In this document: positions 18,947-29,113 of the stretch, piece by piece | How the letters are laid out: each line of letters begins with the position of its first letter | Numbering within the stretch: the first letter of the stretch is position 1 | Origin: Planctomycetota bacterium | Lineage (GTDB): Bacteria > Planctomycetota > Planctomycetia > Pirellulales > UBA7805 | Length of the DNA stretch: 64,000 bases | Assembly: GCA_036146215.1 (NCBI GenBank) | Contig: JAYYJN010000079.1 | Location: 1,928 to 65,927, forward strand | Reading direction: 5' to 3' | Position numbers and translations under genes: made by a program | Notes under the pieces: generated by a model | Seen by the model: the letters and a program-made list of their open reading frames with translations, nothing else | Databases searched by the model: none | Told to the model about the DNA's origin: nothing

Positions 18947-20461
18947 TTAGCCGCTGCGGGCAAGAGCCGGATAGAGAGCCTGCAGATTCAGCGTATCGCC
19001 GGTCTCTCTCTGTAAGTTCAGCAATTCTGTAAAAAGTTGTTGCAATCGTTTTTTTTGTTTTGGACTATTCGCCAGATTGTGTAACTCGTTCGGGTCTGCC
19101 TGCAGATCAAACAAAAGAATTTTGCGAATCGTCGGGTAGAGGATTAATTTAAATCCGTTTTGGACAATCATTCTTTGGCTTTGCATGTATCCGCCATAGA
19201 TTGCATCATAGTTGTCCACACGCTGCTTTCGCAGGATGGGAACAAGACTGCGAAATTGTATGTGTGCAGGCACGTCAATCTCGGCGAATTCTAACGTAGT
19301 TGGCATAATGTCCTGCAGATAGATTGGCGTTGAAAAACGTTGCCCCGATTCGATACCTGGTCCTTTTAAAATAAATGGGACTCGCATGCTGTGATCAAAC
19401 ATATTTTGTTTACCCAGCAGGCCATGATTTCCGACCGCGAGGCCGTGGTCGGCAGAGAAAATAATAAGTGTGTTGTCAGCATATTGTGACTCTTTAATCA
19501 GATCCAGAATCCGACCGACTTGCTGATCCAAGTGTGAAATAATTGCATAATATTCCTGGCGATGGACTTGGACTGCATGTGGCGTCCGTGGAAACGGTGC
19601 TAATCGCTCATCTCGCAATTGTGCATCGCAACCCATCGCATCTTTATATGGGTATTCGGGAACAAAAGACTTCGGCACCGCAATATTCTCAAGCGGATAA
19701 GCATCTATAAATTCTTTTGGTGCCTGCCGAGGATCATGCGGGGCATTGAATGCGAGATACATGAAAAATGGTGTGTTGTCCGGAACTCCTCCTTTGATGA
19801 AATCACAAGCATCATTTGCAAGCACCTCACTCCAATGTTTCCCGCCTTGCCAATAGCCGCCCTGCGCCGGATTCCAGGCTTTCCAGAGGTCTTCTTTGCG
19901 CGGCCTGTCATAACTTGCTGGCGTATCGGCGGGCATTCCCGGTCGTACATGTTTTACGATATCAAACACGTTGGTCACGTCTGTTTGAAGATGCCATTTT
20001 CCAGAGAAAAAGGTGGTATAGCCAGCGTCCTGAAAATACTGACTCCACAATTTTTTGCTGCGGCTTTTCTTAGTGAGAGGCTTGACCTCCCTTTGCGCCT
20101 GCCAAAGAAAGCGTCCCGTGTTGAGCATACTCCGACTGGCAACACAAATTGCGCCATGCCAGCCTCCCTGATTATAGGCATGTGTAAAAACTGAGCCTGC
20201 TTGCGCTAGGTTATCTAAGTGGGGTGTACGCGGTTGATGCCCTCCTGTTGTTTCAAGCACGTTATAGGCAAGATCGTCGGCAAAGATGAAAATGATATTT
20301 GGCCGTTTCGGGGTATCCGTTCCTGCTGCCACTCCTGCTGCCATGGTATGAAGCAGCAATACCATTGAGATGGAATATAATCCGCGACAATATGGCATTA
20401 AATCTTTCTGGCAGGGAGGCCAAGACATAATTGTCTTTTCCGATAGGAAGGTGGGCGTCAC
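18947..20461 (-). CDS. Sulfatase, exported
   Basis: IIFIFADDLAYN, formylglycine motif CVASRSMLNTGRF (C-x-A-x-R), GKWHL and FSADHGL blocks. The real start may be an internal Met ahead of the signal peptide (MPYCRGLYSISMVLLLHTMAAGVAAG). Confidence 0.9.
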   Translation of the reverse strand: MTPTFLSEKTIMSWPPCQKDLMPYCRGLYSISMVLLLHTMAAGVAAGTDTPKRPNIIFIFADDLAYNVLETTGGHQPRTPHLDNLAQAGSVFTHAYNQGGWHGAICVASRSMLNTGRFLWQAQREVKPLTKKSRSKKLWSQYFQDAGYTTFFSGKWHLQTDVTNVFDIVKHVRPGMPADTPASYDRPRKEDLWKAWNPAQGGYWQGGKHWSEVLANDACDFIKGGVPDNTPFFMYLAFNAPHDPRQAPKEFIDAYPLENIAVPKSFVPEYPYKDAMGCDAQLRDERLAPFPRTPHAVQVHRQEYYAIISHLDQQVGRILDLIKESQYADNTLIIFSADHGLAVGNHGLLGKQNMFDHSMRVPFILKGPGIESGQRFSTPIYLQDIMPTTLEFAEIDVPAHIQFRSLVPILRKQRVDNYDAIYGGYMQSQRMIVQNGFKLILYPTIRKILLFDLQADPNELHNLANSPKQKKRLQQLFTELLNLQRETGDTLNLQALYPALARSG

Positions 20462-20607
20462 CCTACTCTCCTACACTCAGATTGTTTGCCTGTCAACCAT
20501 TTTGGCATTTTGGCTATAAGGACGCGTCAATTGACGAGCGACTTATACGGAGTTCAGAGAGTGTCTGTGATGAAACCGCGTTAAAGCCAAATAATGTTTC
20601 AATTGCG

Positions 20608-20844
20608 TCAGGCTCGATGAGGCAAAGTAAATGAGTAGAGCATGACAACCGATCCGCTGATCAATAGTCCCCATGGAGCCCATGCGGGTGGCGAGACGAC
20701 GAAACTAGAGGGGGTAGCTGCGGTGCTGTAAAGGTCGGTGTCCGAAAAATCAGCGGTTGTGAAAACGGCTGTTTCGACGACCAGGCACTCAATACCGATC
20801 AGTGAAATAAAAAGACCAACGGCCAGAATCGAAGCACGAAACAT
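20608..20844 (-). CDS. Small two-helix membrane protein (hypothetical)
   Basis: 78 aa with two hydrophobic segments (ILAVGLFISLIGIECLVV; WAPWGLLISGSVVMLY). It has no recognisable domain and is isolated between long non-coding stretches. Confidence 0.4.
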   Translation of the reverse strand: MFRASILAVGLFISLIGIECLVVETAVFTTADFSDTDLYSTAATPSSFVVSPPAWAPWGLLISGSVVMLYSFTLPHRA

Positions 20845-21063
20845 TTTACTGGTAAACCTTTGACAGATTAGTGTTCCCGCTTTCTGTTATCGGCCTGACC
20901 TTTGCTCAAAATAAAAGGCGTCTTGCGATCGGTTTAAACTTCGGGGCTGTCGCGGCCCCCTCTGGGGTTTTATGAATCGCTCAATCGGCAAAAAATCTGC
21001 GCTGAACTGATCTTACAAGTTGGAATCCTTGTCGAGTTAGGCACTTACGATTAGGATGAAATT

Positions 21064-21085
21064 GGGAAACTCACGAAAGTTTCCC
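21064..21085. repeat. Perfect inverted repeat GGGAAACT-cacgaa-AGTTTCCC; function unknown
   Basis: Read directly: 8-bp arms at 21064-21071 and 21078-21085 with a 6-nt spacer, followed by gcttactttt. It lies inside a ~550-bp gene-free interval. Confidence 0.6.
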
Positions 21086-21395
21086 GCTTACTTTTGCCCC
21101 CTTATCAGCTATCAGCGTCTTGTGTGACTATGCTCTCTGTGAGGTTCTGTAGCGATTATAGGGTTGGTGCGGATGATCACCGTTTGCGAACTATTTTTCG
21201 ACCCCATGAAGTTGAAAAGATATCCCTGATCGTCAGCGAAATTGGCTGCATGGGAAAAAATATAATGGATCAAATCAAAATCTTATTGAGCGAACACTTC
21301 CACCGAAGGCATTGGACCCAAAAGCCGATGCCAATGGATAGGGCTTATTCGGCTTTTGTCATTTAGAAGTACGGCCGAGCGAAGGGATACAAAAG

Positions 21396-23114
21396 TTGCC
21401 TAAGAAACCAAAGCTTTTGTTTATCGGCGATTTCGAGACTCAAGACGACTCGGTACGTCGATCCCTCAATGAACGATTTCAAATCGTGACGGTTGCAAAC
21501 TTGTGGCGGGCCGTTCATCTTCTTCGGCAGGATGCGTTTGACGCAATTCATGTTTTGGAGAGTCCGGAAACGAGCCTTTTTCAAATTAGCGATATCAAAT
21601 TCAATTCCCTCGTTTTGGAGAGTATGCCGGATGGCGTCGTTCTGCTTGACGCGGAGAACAAAATTATTTGGCACAATGCGTGCATGCAGAAATGGTGTGG
21701 TCAGGGAGCGTTGGTTGGTAAAAATTTCTACGGTGTGCTGACAAGCCCGGAAATTTTGGGGCCTGATTTTTGCCCGTTGCACACCGCTTTGTCGTCTCAG
21801 ACACCAAGCAATTCCACTTTAAGAACTGCAGACAATCGATATTTTCATATTCATGCTGTGCCAGCCACTGTAGAGGCTGAACAATCTGATCAATTGATTG
21901 TGACGATCCGTGACGTAACAACCAAAATGCATCAGCAGCAAAAAATGGAAGCGATTCAAAAGGCGGGCATGGAGTTGGCGGATCTGAAGCCAGAAGAGCT
22001 AAAGCACATGTCGGTCGATGAACGGATTGAACTTTTGAAGTCGAATATCGTTCACTTCACAGGTGAGTTGTTGCACTATGACGTGATGGAAATTCGTTTA
22101 ATTGACCGAGAAACAGGTAGTCTGGAACCATTGCTGGCGGTTGGTATTGAGCAAGAAGCAGCGGTCCGTGAGTTGTATGCGCAGCCTCAAGGCAATGGTG
22201 TGACCGGATTTGTTGCCGCCACCGGTAAAAGCTATCTGTGTGAAAACACGTCCGAGGATCCGCTCTATCTTCTGGGAGCGAGAGATGCAAAGAGTTCAAT
22301 CACAGTTCCCTTGATTTCGCATGATGAGATGCTGGGAACGTTTAACGTTGAAAGTCCGGATTTATGTGCGTTCGATGAAAGTGACCTGCAGTTTCTTGAG
22401 CGATTCAGCAGCGATGTTGCTGCAGCCCTCGGCACGCTGGAGTTGTTGGTGGCAGAGAAGGCAACCACTGCTGCTAAGAGTGTTGAGGCAATACATACTG
22501 CCGTTGCACTTCCGATCGATGATATTTTGAATGAAACAGTCAACGTGATGGAGCGTTATATCGGGCACGAACCAGAGGTGGTATCTCGCCTTGAGAGCAT
22601 TCTACGCAATGCGCGGGATATCAAACAGGTTATTCAGAAAGTGGGTCAAGCGATGACTCCGAGCGAAGCCGTTCCTCAGTCTTTGCAGACCGAATCGAGA
22701 CCTCTGTTGAGTGGACGGCGTATCTTAGTCGCGGACGCGGATGAAAATGTCCGCGTGGCCGCCCATGCTCTATTAGAGCGTTACCAGTGTGCAGTGGAAA
22801 CTTCACATGATGGTGTGGAAACGTTATCGATGGTCCGAAATATCACGGCACTCGGTGGTTATGATCTTGTACTTGCCGATATTCGTCTTCCCGATATGAA
22901 TGGCTACGAGTTAATGCAGAAATTGGCAGCAATTACCGCATCTTTACCACTCGTTTTAATGACTGGCTTTGGTTACGACCCCGGACACTCCATTGTAAAG
23001 GCAAGGCAGGCAGGTCTAAAAGAAGTGCTTTATAAACCTTTCCGCCTGGATCAATTGCTGGAAACCATTGAACGTGTTTTGGTCGAGTCCGATGTTTCTC
23101 CGTCGACAAGTTGA
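21396..23114 (+). CDS. Signal-transduction protein: degenerate N-terminal receiver, PAS, GAF and C-terminal receiver domains, with no output domain
   Basis: TTG start. PAS-like LVLESMPDGVVLLDAENKIIWHNACMQKWCG. GAF-like VMEIRLIDRETGSLEPLL...GVTGFVAATGKSYLCEN...ITVPLISHDEMLGTFNVES. C-terminal REC ILVADADENVRV...DLVLADIRLPDMNGYELMQKL...PLVLMTGFG...YKPF. Confidence 0.85.
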   Translation: MPKKPKLLFIGDFETQDDSVRRSLNERFQIVTVANLWRAVHLLRQDAFDAIHVLESPETSLFQISDIKFNSLVLESMPDGVVLLDAENKIIWHNACMQKWCGQGALVGKNFYGVLTSPEILGPDFCPLHTALSSQTPSNSTLRTADNRYFHIHAVPATVEAEQSDQLIVTIRDVTTKMHQQQKMEAIQKAGMELADLKPEELKHMSVDERIELLKSNIVHFTGELLHYDVMEIRLIDRETGSLEPLLAVGIEQEAAVRELYAQPQGNGVTGFVAATGKSYLCENTSEDPLYLLGARDAKSSITVPLISHDEMLGTFNVESPDLCAFDESDLQFLERFSSDVAAALGTLELLVAEKATTAAKSVEAIHTAVALPIDDILNETVNVMERYIGHEPEVVSRLESILRNARDIKQVIQKVGQAMTPSEAVPQSLQTESRPLLSGRRILVADADENVRVAAHALLERYQCAVETSHDGVETLSMVRNITALGGYDLVLADIRLPDMNGYELMQKLAAITASLPLVLMTGFGYDPGHSIVKARQAGLKEVLYKPFRLDQLLETIERVLVESDVSPSTS

Positions 23115-23133
23115 TGCGACCGAGTATGCATCA

Positions 23134-23970
23134 TTAGTTTGGCGAAGAAATCGCTGGCACCTTTTCTGACTCGATAGCATGATCCGCACACGGATCTGAT
23201 TTCAGAAAAGCAGGTGGAGTCGCTGGTCGCTTGACTAGTTCAACACAAATTCCGCCAACATGCAGTAAACGGTGAAACCGCGTGAACCAAAATTCTCGGT
23301 TAATATCAAATTCAAGTGATTTACATAAATTAAAAAATTCTACTCGATTGTGGGTGCGACACTTCCAGATTCGACTCGTCCAGGCCCCGATAAACGTGTC
23401 TTCGGTCACAAAGAGAAGTACACGACCCCCAGGGCTTAATACACGTGATATCTCCTCCATTCCTCGTCGCGTATCAGGCACATGCTCTAACGCATAGCAA
23501 CAGGTAATGCAATCAAAGGCTTCATCACCAAAGGGCAGTTGTGCCAAGTCGCCTAAAACAAAACGGGGCCGATTACTGTTCAATCGTTTGCGAGCTCTAG
23601 TAATCATAACGCTGGAAATATCAATTCCCGTAATTTTCGTATCGATGTCCGCATACTGAATGAGATGGGATAAAATCGGACCCGAGCCACTTCCAATATC
23701 AAGAATATTCTCAGCCCCTTGCAGGTTAAATTGCCGCTCTTTAAAGACAATCTCACCGTTTCGAAAGTGGCCAGAAATCTGACTCGATCGCGCAAGCAAT
23801 GCCCCTCGATGCCCTGCATAGATACCAATTACTTTTTTACGGTATTGCGCATCGCTGGTGTTGTGAATTAATTTCGCTTCAACGAGTCGATGAAGCACCT
23901 GTTGTTTCCATCGTTTCGCCTTTTTTGCAAGCGTACCGAAAATAGATTTATTGTGCGTTTCACGTATCAT
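23134..23970 (-). CDS. Class I SAM-dependent methyltransferase
   Basis: Motif I ILDIGSGSGPILSHL, post-I GIDIS, and FDCITCCYALEHV...LSPGGRVLLFV (Methyltransf_11-like). Confidence 0.85.
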   Translation of the reverse strand: MIRETHNKSIFGTLAKKAKRWKQQVLHRLVEAKLIHNTSDAQYRKKVIGIYAGHRGALLARSSQISGHFRNGEIVFKERQFNLQGAENILDIGSGSGPILSHLIQYADIDTKITGIDISSVMITRARKRLNSNRPRFVLGDLAQLPFGDEAFDCITCCYALEHVPDTRRGMEEISRVLSPGGRVLLFVTEDTFIGAWTSRIWKCRTHNRVEFFNLCKSLEFDINREFWFTRFHRLLHVGGICVELVKRPATPPAFLKSDPCADHAIESEKVPAISSPN

Positions 23971-24232
23971 TTCATTTGGCGTAAGAGATTCACAAACACC
24001 TTTTTATTGATCGAAAACATGGAAATATACAACTTACAAGAGAATAAATAGATAGATGTCGACAAATTACAGAGTCGCCTTCTAAATCTCACGAGCCACG
24101 GAGAAGATTTGCAAGTCTGCGATTTTAGTTATTATCGCATGATTAAAACGGTCGCACCAGACCCGATAAGTATCGCACGTCGCATGGAAGTACGCACCGC
24201 GCTTTTCAAGCCAAGAAATCAGAGATTACAAT

Positions 24233-24670
24233 TTACGAGAATGCGTAGTCAGAGTGTAACGACTGCATAAACGATTGAATACTTGCCTCATGCTCGCAAA
24301 AACGAATGATCAAGTCTTCGAATTGCTTGCGAAAACCTTCCGTAGCTGGTTCGGTCTGATCACCGAGTTGTGAAGATCTTCGGAGTTGCAGCACAGCGCG
24401 CTCTACGGCAGCTTGCTGCTGTCGTAAAGCTTCAGTAGCACGCGTCAACCACGGATTTTCAAAAACCGCTTCTTCGTAAAATGTGTGCCCAAGATCGTAA
24501 AGTAAATGGTTCTCAAATTGCTGCAGCAACTCGTCCAGTGGCGTATAGATCTCCCTCAAGGCGACATTCGTTGAAAGTAGTTGGGTAACAATTTCGACAA
24601 GAACCCGTGAGCGAAACAAAGGAGTTGACCTAGGAGCGACTGGCAATGGGGCAGAACCGATTGCGGGCAT
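24233..24670 (-). CDS. Hypothetical protein
   Basis: Open frame with predicted helical content and no motif I recognise. I prefer ATG 24670 (MPAIGSAPLPV) to the track start at 24769. Confidence 0.45.
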   Translation of the reverse strand: MPAIGSAPLPVAPRSTPLFRSRVLVEIVTQLLSTNVALREIYTPLDELLQQFENHLLYDLGHTFYEEAVFENPWLTRATEALRQQQAAVERAVLQLRRSSQLGDQTEPATEGFRKQFEDLIIRFCEHEASIQSFMQSLHSDYAFS

Positions 24671-24940
24671 GACGACCTCCGACCAGAAACACGGACATAG
24701 AGTCAGGTTTCGATAAAGCACAACGTTCGTCACAATGAGATCGTTAATGCAGGAGCGAATATGGACCATTCATCTGGTAGAGTCAAGGTGCAAACGAATT
24801 TGTGAAAATGCTCTTGCGGTAGCTTCCGCACAGAAAACTGTTTGCTGATATATGTTTAAGCGTGCTATCACAAGCAATGCACGTATCAATAGATATAACT
24901 TCTAAATCCTGATAATAAATATACAGATAAGAATACAGAA

Positions 24941-26506
24941 ATGAATTTAGCGATCCTTCATTACCACCTTCGACCGGGAGGGGTCTTTCAGGTGATTGCC
25001 AATCAATTGCAATCATTGAATGACATCTTGAGTATTGATGATCCGTATCACGTGTCGATTTTTCACGGCGGAGCGAATGAAGAGGAAAATAGATCGCAAT
25101 GGCCCACATCGCCCCAGTTGGAGGTTTCAACACGTGTCATTGACGGCCTTGGATATGATCAGGTAACGCATGCGCCTGCCGATGCATCCAACCTTGCCAC
25201 TCGACTCTTAAAAGCTCTAGATGCTTGCCAATTTCATCCCGAGGACACAGTCATTCATGTCCACAACCATTCGCTTGGTAAAAACTCAGCGCTCCCGAGA
25301 GCATTAAAAATTATTGCCGAGGAGGGATATCCGCTTTTATTACAGATTCATGATTTTGCGGAGGACTTTCGTGTCGAGCAGTATCAGCATTTAAATGCGA
25401 TGTTAGACCGTTCGCCGATCGGGCTCGGTTGCCAACTTTACCCCCAAGCATCCCAAATTCATTATGCAGTACTCAATGGGCGAGATCGTCAGATTCTTTC
25501 CAAGAGCGGGGTACCGAATAAGAGATTACATGCCGTGCCAAACCCGATTGTGGCGCCGGAAGATTTGCCGGATCCGATCAATGTTCGTAGAGAGATGCAG
25601 GTCAAACGGGGTATCCCGATAGAAGCCCCGTTGGTGATCTATCCTGTTCGGGGTATCCGTCGGAAAAATCTCGGAGAACTTTTATTATGGAGTGCATTAT
25701 TGAAAAATCGAGCGTCCTTCGGTTTAACGCTTGCGCCGAAAAACAATACTGAGAAACCTTCTTACAATCGCTGGAAACGATTAGCCCAAAAGTTGCAATT
25801 ACCTTGTCACTTTGAATTAGGAGAGTCTTTTTCTTTCAAGCAAAATCTCGCTGCTGCAGACGCACTCATTACGACAAGTGTAGCGGAGGGTTTTGGTATG
25901 GTTTTTCTGGAATCACAATTGGTAGGTCGTCGATTGTTGGGGCGGAACCTCCCAGAAGTTACGGCAGAATTTTCGGAGAATGGAGTTGATCTTTCATCGC
26001 TGTATCAAACGCTTTGCATTCCGACGCGATTCGTAGACAAAAATCTCACGATTGAGGGAATCTCAAACGCATATGGTGATGTGCTCCGAGGTTTTGCGCC
26101 CGAACTGTATTGTGAGCAAACTACGCGGAGATCCCTAGCAGAGATGTTGTCGAGTGGCGTTGTAGACTTTGGATTTTTAACGCCTGAAATGCAGGAGCAC
26201 CTGATTTTACACGTCCACAAGCATCCAAACGCGGCTGATGAAATTCTCAATTTGAATCCGCTATTCATAAAAAATTTGTTCCACCAAGATGCGGACTCGT
26301 CCACGCAACGAGGCGTCGTTACAAATCGTGAGGCCGTAAAAGATCACTACGGACCATCTACAATTGGAATTCAACTGCGGGACATTTACCGTAAGCTTCT
26401 TGGAATGCCTCGCGACAAGGAAGTTCTGTCCCTGACTCGCAGTGAAACTATTTTGGAATCTTTTTTAAGCCTGGAAAGGTTCCGCCCCGTGCGATCGATG
26501 TCATGA
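24941..26506 (+). CDS. Glycosyltransferase (GT-B fold, GT4-like) with a C-terminal extension
   Basis: 521 aa. E-x7-E-type block TTSVAEGFGMVFLES and upstream RGIRRKNLGELL, typical of retaining GT4 enzymes. Its stop overlaps the next start (ATGA). Confidence 0.75.
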   Translation: MNLAILHYHLRPGGVFQVIANQLQSLNDILSIDDPYHVSIFHGGANEEENRSQWPTSPQLEVSTRVIDGLGYDQVTHAPADASNLATRLLKALDACQFHPEDTVIHVHNHSLGKNSALPRALKIIAEEGYPLLLQIHDFAEDFRVEQYQHLNAMLDRSPIGLGCQLYPQASQIHYAVLNGRDRQILSKSGVPNKRLHAVPNPIVAPEDLPDPINVRREMQVKRGIPIEAPLVIYPVRGIRRKNLGELLLWSALLKNRASFGLTLAPKNNTEKPSYNRWKRLAQKLQLPCHFELGESFSFKQNLAAADALITTSVAEGFGMVFLESQLVGRRLLGRNLPEVTAEFSENGVDLSSLYQTLCIPTRFVDKNLTIEGISNAYGDVLRGFAPELYCEQTTRRSLAEMLSSGVVDFGFLTPEMQEHLILHVHKHPNAADEILNLNPLFIKNLFHQDADSSTQRGVVTNREAVKDHYGPSTIGIQLRDIYRKLLGMPRDKEVLSLTRSETILESFLSLERFRPVRSMS

Positions 26507-27495
26507 ATCAATCATACTTGCGCATTATTAAAAAATTTAGCCAACCGCAGACGCCATTACCAACTGACATGGTGAGTAGACTGCGTTGTCTCAAAGAAGT
26601 TAAGGCCGTTTTTTTTGATATTTATGGCACACTATTCATAAGTTGTAGCGGAGATATCGGGGTTCCGTTGCCAGGAGTAGGCCGCACCTCAACAGCGGGG
26701 CCATATCAGGAAACTCCAAAGAATCATTTGGCAGGCGTGTTGGGTAAAAGATTTTTCGAATTATTTTCCGAAGGACTCAATGAAAGTTGCTCTCCTCTCG
26801 CAGAACGGCTTGTAGGGCTGCAAACACAAACCGAAGACACATATCCATTGTGTGGCGAGCTCTTAATGGAATCTTTCAGATCGCAGGTTAAAAAGGTTCA
26901 TCAAATCAGAAAACAAGAGGGATTTCCCTGGCCCGAGGTGGATGTTCGTCATATTTGGCAGTCATTGCTTGGGGAATCACATATCGCAGCAAATGGTCAC
27001 GACAGACTGATTGATCAGTGGGCGATCGAGTATGAAGTGCGAATCAACCCGGTTTGGCCCATGCCAAATGCGAACGATTGTATCGATCAACTCGGCTCGG
27101 CAAAATTAACGCTTGGAATAATCAGCAATGCCCAATTTTACACCCCGCTGCTGTTCCCGGCTTTGCTGGATAAGCAACTTGAAGATTTGGAAATTGCTTC
27201 AGAGATGCAATACTATTCATATCGTTGCGGCAGGGCGAAGCCCGATCCTTGGATGTATCAGCGGGCGTCTGAAGCGCTCGCTCAGATAGGGATTATCCCT
27301 AGTCAAACACTTTATGTGGGTAACGACATGCGTAATGATATCTTGCCGGCTTCCCAGATTGGCTTCCGGACTGCTCTGGTAGCAACTGATCGACGCAGTT
27401 TGCGTTTGCGTGAAGGTGACCCAGGTATCGCGCATGTTACTCCGGACCTTGTGGTGACGAATTTAAGCGATTTAGTTGATTGTGTATTAGGTTGA
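26503..27495 (+). CDS. HAD-superfamily hydrolase with a large cap insertion
   Basis: Motif I VFFDIYGTLF (D-x-Y, no second Asp), motif II ISNA, and motif III/IV RAKPDP...YVGNDMRNDILPA. Confidence 0.8.
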   Translation: MNQSYLRIIKKFSQPQTPLPTDMVSRLRCLKEVKAVFFDIYGTLFISCSGDIGVPLPGVGRTSTAGPYQETPKNHLAGVLGKRFFELFSEGLNESCSPLAERLVGLQTQTEDTYPLCGELLMESFRSQVKKVHQIRKQEGFPWPEVDVRHIWQSLLGESHIAANGHDRLIDQWAIEYEVRINPVWPMPNANDCIDQLGSAKLTLGIISNAQFYTPLLFPALLDKQLEDLEIASEMQYYSYRCGRAKPDPWMYQRASEALAQIGIIPSQTLYVGNDMRNDILPASQIGFRTALVATDRRSLRLREGDPGIAHVTPDLVVTNLSDLVDCVLG

Positions 27496-27504
27496 ATCAG
27501 CAGT

Positions 27505-28773
27505 ATGGCAGCACACAATATCGGTTTTGTAGGTACCCGATTTGCGGGAACGGATGGTGTATCCCTGGAGAGCGCTAAATGGGCGCAGATTTTATGGGAC
27601 CATCGAAATGTGAGTTACTGGTACGCCGGTAAACTCGACCGAGATCCTGCGATTAGTATGGAGGTCCCCGAGGCCTACTTCTATGACCGTGAGAATTTAC
27701 TGATCAACGAACAAGTTTTTGGCGTTCGCACACGCACCCCTAGAATAACAAAAAAACTTTATGAGTTGAGCGAATATCTCAAAGGCACGTTGTATGACTT
27801 TGTTGAAAAATTCGACATCGAAATCATGATCGTGCAGAATGCCTTGTGTATTCCAATGCATATTCCCTTAGGTCTCGCAATCACACACTTCATTGCGGAG
27901 ACCGGATTTCCTACAATCGCGCACCACCATGATTTTTATTGGGAGCGTAGTCGCTTCGCTGTGAATGCTGTGGAAGATATTTTGCGAATGGCATTTCCTC
28001 CTTCTCTGCCATCCATTCAGCATGTGACAATTAACTCTTTCGCGCAACATGATCTCTCTTGGCGGACCGGAGAATCTTCTATCTTAGTGCCGAATGTGCT
28101 TGATTTTGAAACCGGACCTCCCCCGGATGACGAATGGACTGTGGATATGCGTGCGGAGATTGGCCTAGATGCGGATGATATCTTGTTGCTGCAACCGACA
28201 CGTGTGGTCCCGCGCAAAGGTATTGAGCATTCGATATCCCTCGTCGCACAATTAAATAATCCAAAATGCAAACTGGTTGTTTCGCATGAATCGGGGGACG
28301 AAGGAGACGAATATCTGACAGCGCTGAAAGATTTAGCGATCAATCAGGGTGTCGACTTGCGATTTATTCACACGCGTGTTGGAGAGATCCGGAAAACAGA
28401 TGAGCATGGTCATAAAATATATACACTCGGCGATGTCTATGCGATTTCCGATTTTATTACCTATCCAAGCCTTTACGAGGGATTTGGGAATGCCTTGCTC
28501 GAGGCTTTTTACTATCGAAAGCCGGTGCTCGTTAATCGCTATTCTATTTTTGTAGCCGATATCGAACCGCGTGGCTTTGAGGTAATCAAAATGGACGGTT
28601 TCTTAACACGTGATGTCGTGGACAATGTTCGACTTGTTTTGGAAGATAATGAATATCGTGAGCGGATGGTCAGTCACAATTATGAACTCTGTAAAGCATT
28701 CTTCAGTTACTCGGTTTTGAGACGTAAGCTACGCGCTTTGGTCACGAATTTTACAGGTATGGAGGATCTCTAG
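27505..28773 (+). CDS. Glycosyltransferase (GT-B fold, GT4-like)
   Basis: 422 aa. Motifs: [17 protein letters not shown]..., [10 protein letters not shown] and [24 protein letters not shown] (E-x7-E). It starts 9 nt after the HAD gene. Confidence 0.8.
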   Translation: MAAHNIGFVGTRFAGTDGVSLESAKWAQILWDHRNVSYWYAGKLDRDPAISMEVPEAYFYDRENLLINEQVFGVRTRTPRITKKLYELSEYLKGTLYDFVEKFDIEIMIVQNALCIPMHIPLGLAITHFIAETGFPTIAHHHDFYWERSRFAVNAVEDILRMAFPPSLPSIQHVTINSFAQHDLSWRTGESSILVPNVLDFETGPPPDDEWTVDMRAEIGLDADDILLLQPTRVVPRKGIEHSISLVAQLNNPKCKLVVSHESGDEGDEYLTALKDLAINQGVDLRFIHTRVGEIRKTDEHGHKIYTLGDVYAISDFITYPSLYEGFGNALLEAFYYRKPVLVNRYSIFVADIEPRGFEVIKMDGFLTRDVVDNVRLVLEDNEYRERMVSHNYELCKAFFSYSVLRRKLRALVTNFTGMEDL

Positions 28774-28804
28774 CGCTTAATTTAAGCCAGAGAGGAGTAG
28801 GCAC

Positions 28805-29104
28805 GTGCGAAGATTAAACCGATGGAAGAGTAAATGGAAGAAAAAGGCTTTTAGAAAAGTGAGCGTTATTTTTTCAGTTGCATACTCGTTTGAAACCACA
28901 CAAATTTTTGCACAAGCCAAAACAACAGATGCCTCCGAAAACGAGAAGAGTTATTTCTTAGCCTATTTGGTCGTCTTATTTTTGATTGCGCTGGGAGTAG
29001 TGATTGTTGCACGGTCAGGACGACGTGCAGAGAAACCAAAAATGGTCGAAAAAGACCTTGAGTACCGTTTAGAAAAAATGAGCGGTCGCACGAAAGATAC
29101 GTAG
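28805..29104 (+). CDS. Small membrane protein (hypothetical)
   Basis: 99 aa with a basic N-terminus, one strong TM helix (FLAYLVVLFLIALGVVIVA) and a charged tail. No homology recognised. Confidence 0.35.
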   Translation: MRRLNRWKSKWKKKAFRKVSVIFSVAYSFETTQIFAQAKTTDASENEKSYFLAYLVVLFLIALGVVIVARSGRRAEKPKMVEKDLEYRLEKMSGRTKDT

Positions 29105-29113
29105 CGTATCTGC

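Noticed and set aside
21094-21782. ORFs 21094-21366 (plus strand, 90 aa) and 21363-21782 (minus strand, 139 aa).
   Set aside because: They have no recognisable domain, and the second is antisense to the well-supported PAS-GAF-REC gene. I treated the area as non-coding (see the finding on the 550-bp interval).
24783-25133. 116-aa minus-strand ORF overlapping the start of the first glycosyltransferase.
   Set aside because: It is antisense to a gene with clear GT4 motifs and has an odd composition, so it is probably spurious.
23134-29104. The methyltransferase, hypothetical gene and GT-HAD-GT block looks more AT-rich than its surroundings, hinting at a horizontally acquired island.
   Set aside because: I only hand-counted a few 60-nt lines (roughly 42-48% here versus 45-62% elsewhere), with large scatter. 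There are no flanking tRNA, integrase or direct repeats. A sliding-window GC and codon-usage calculation is needed before claiming this.
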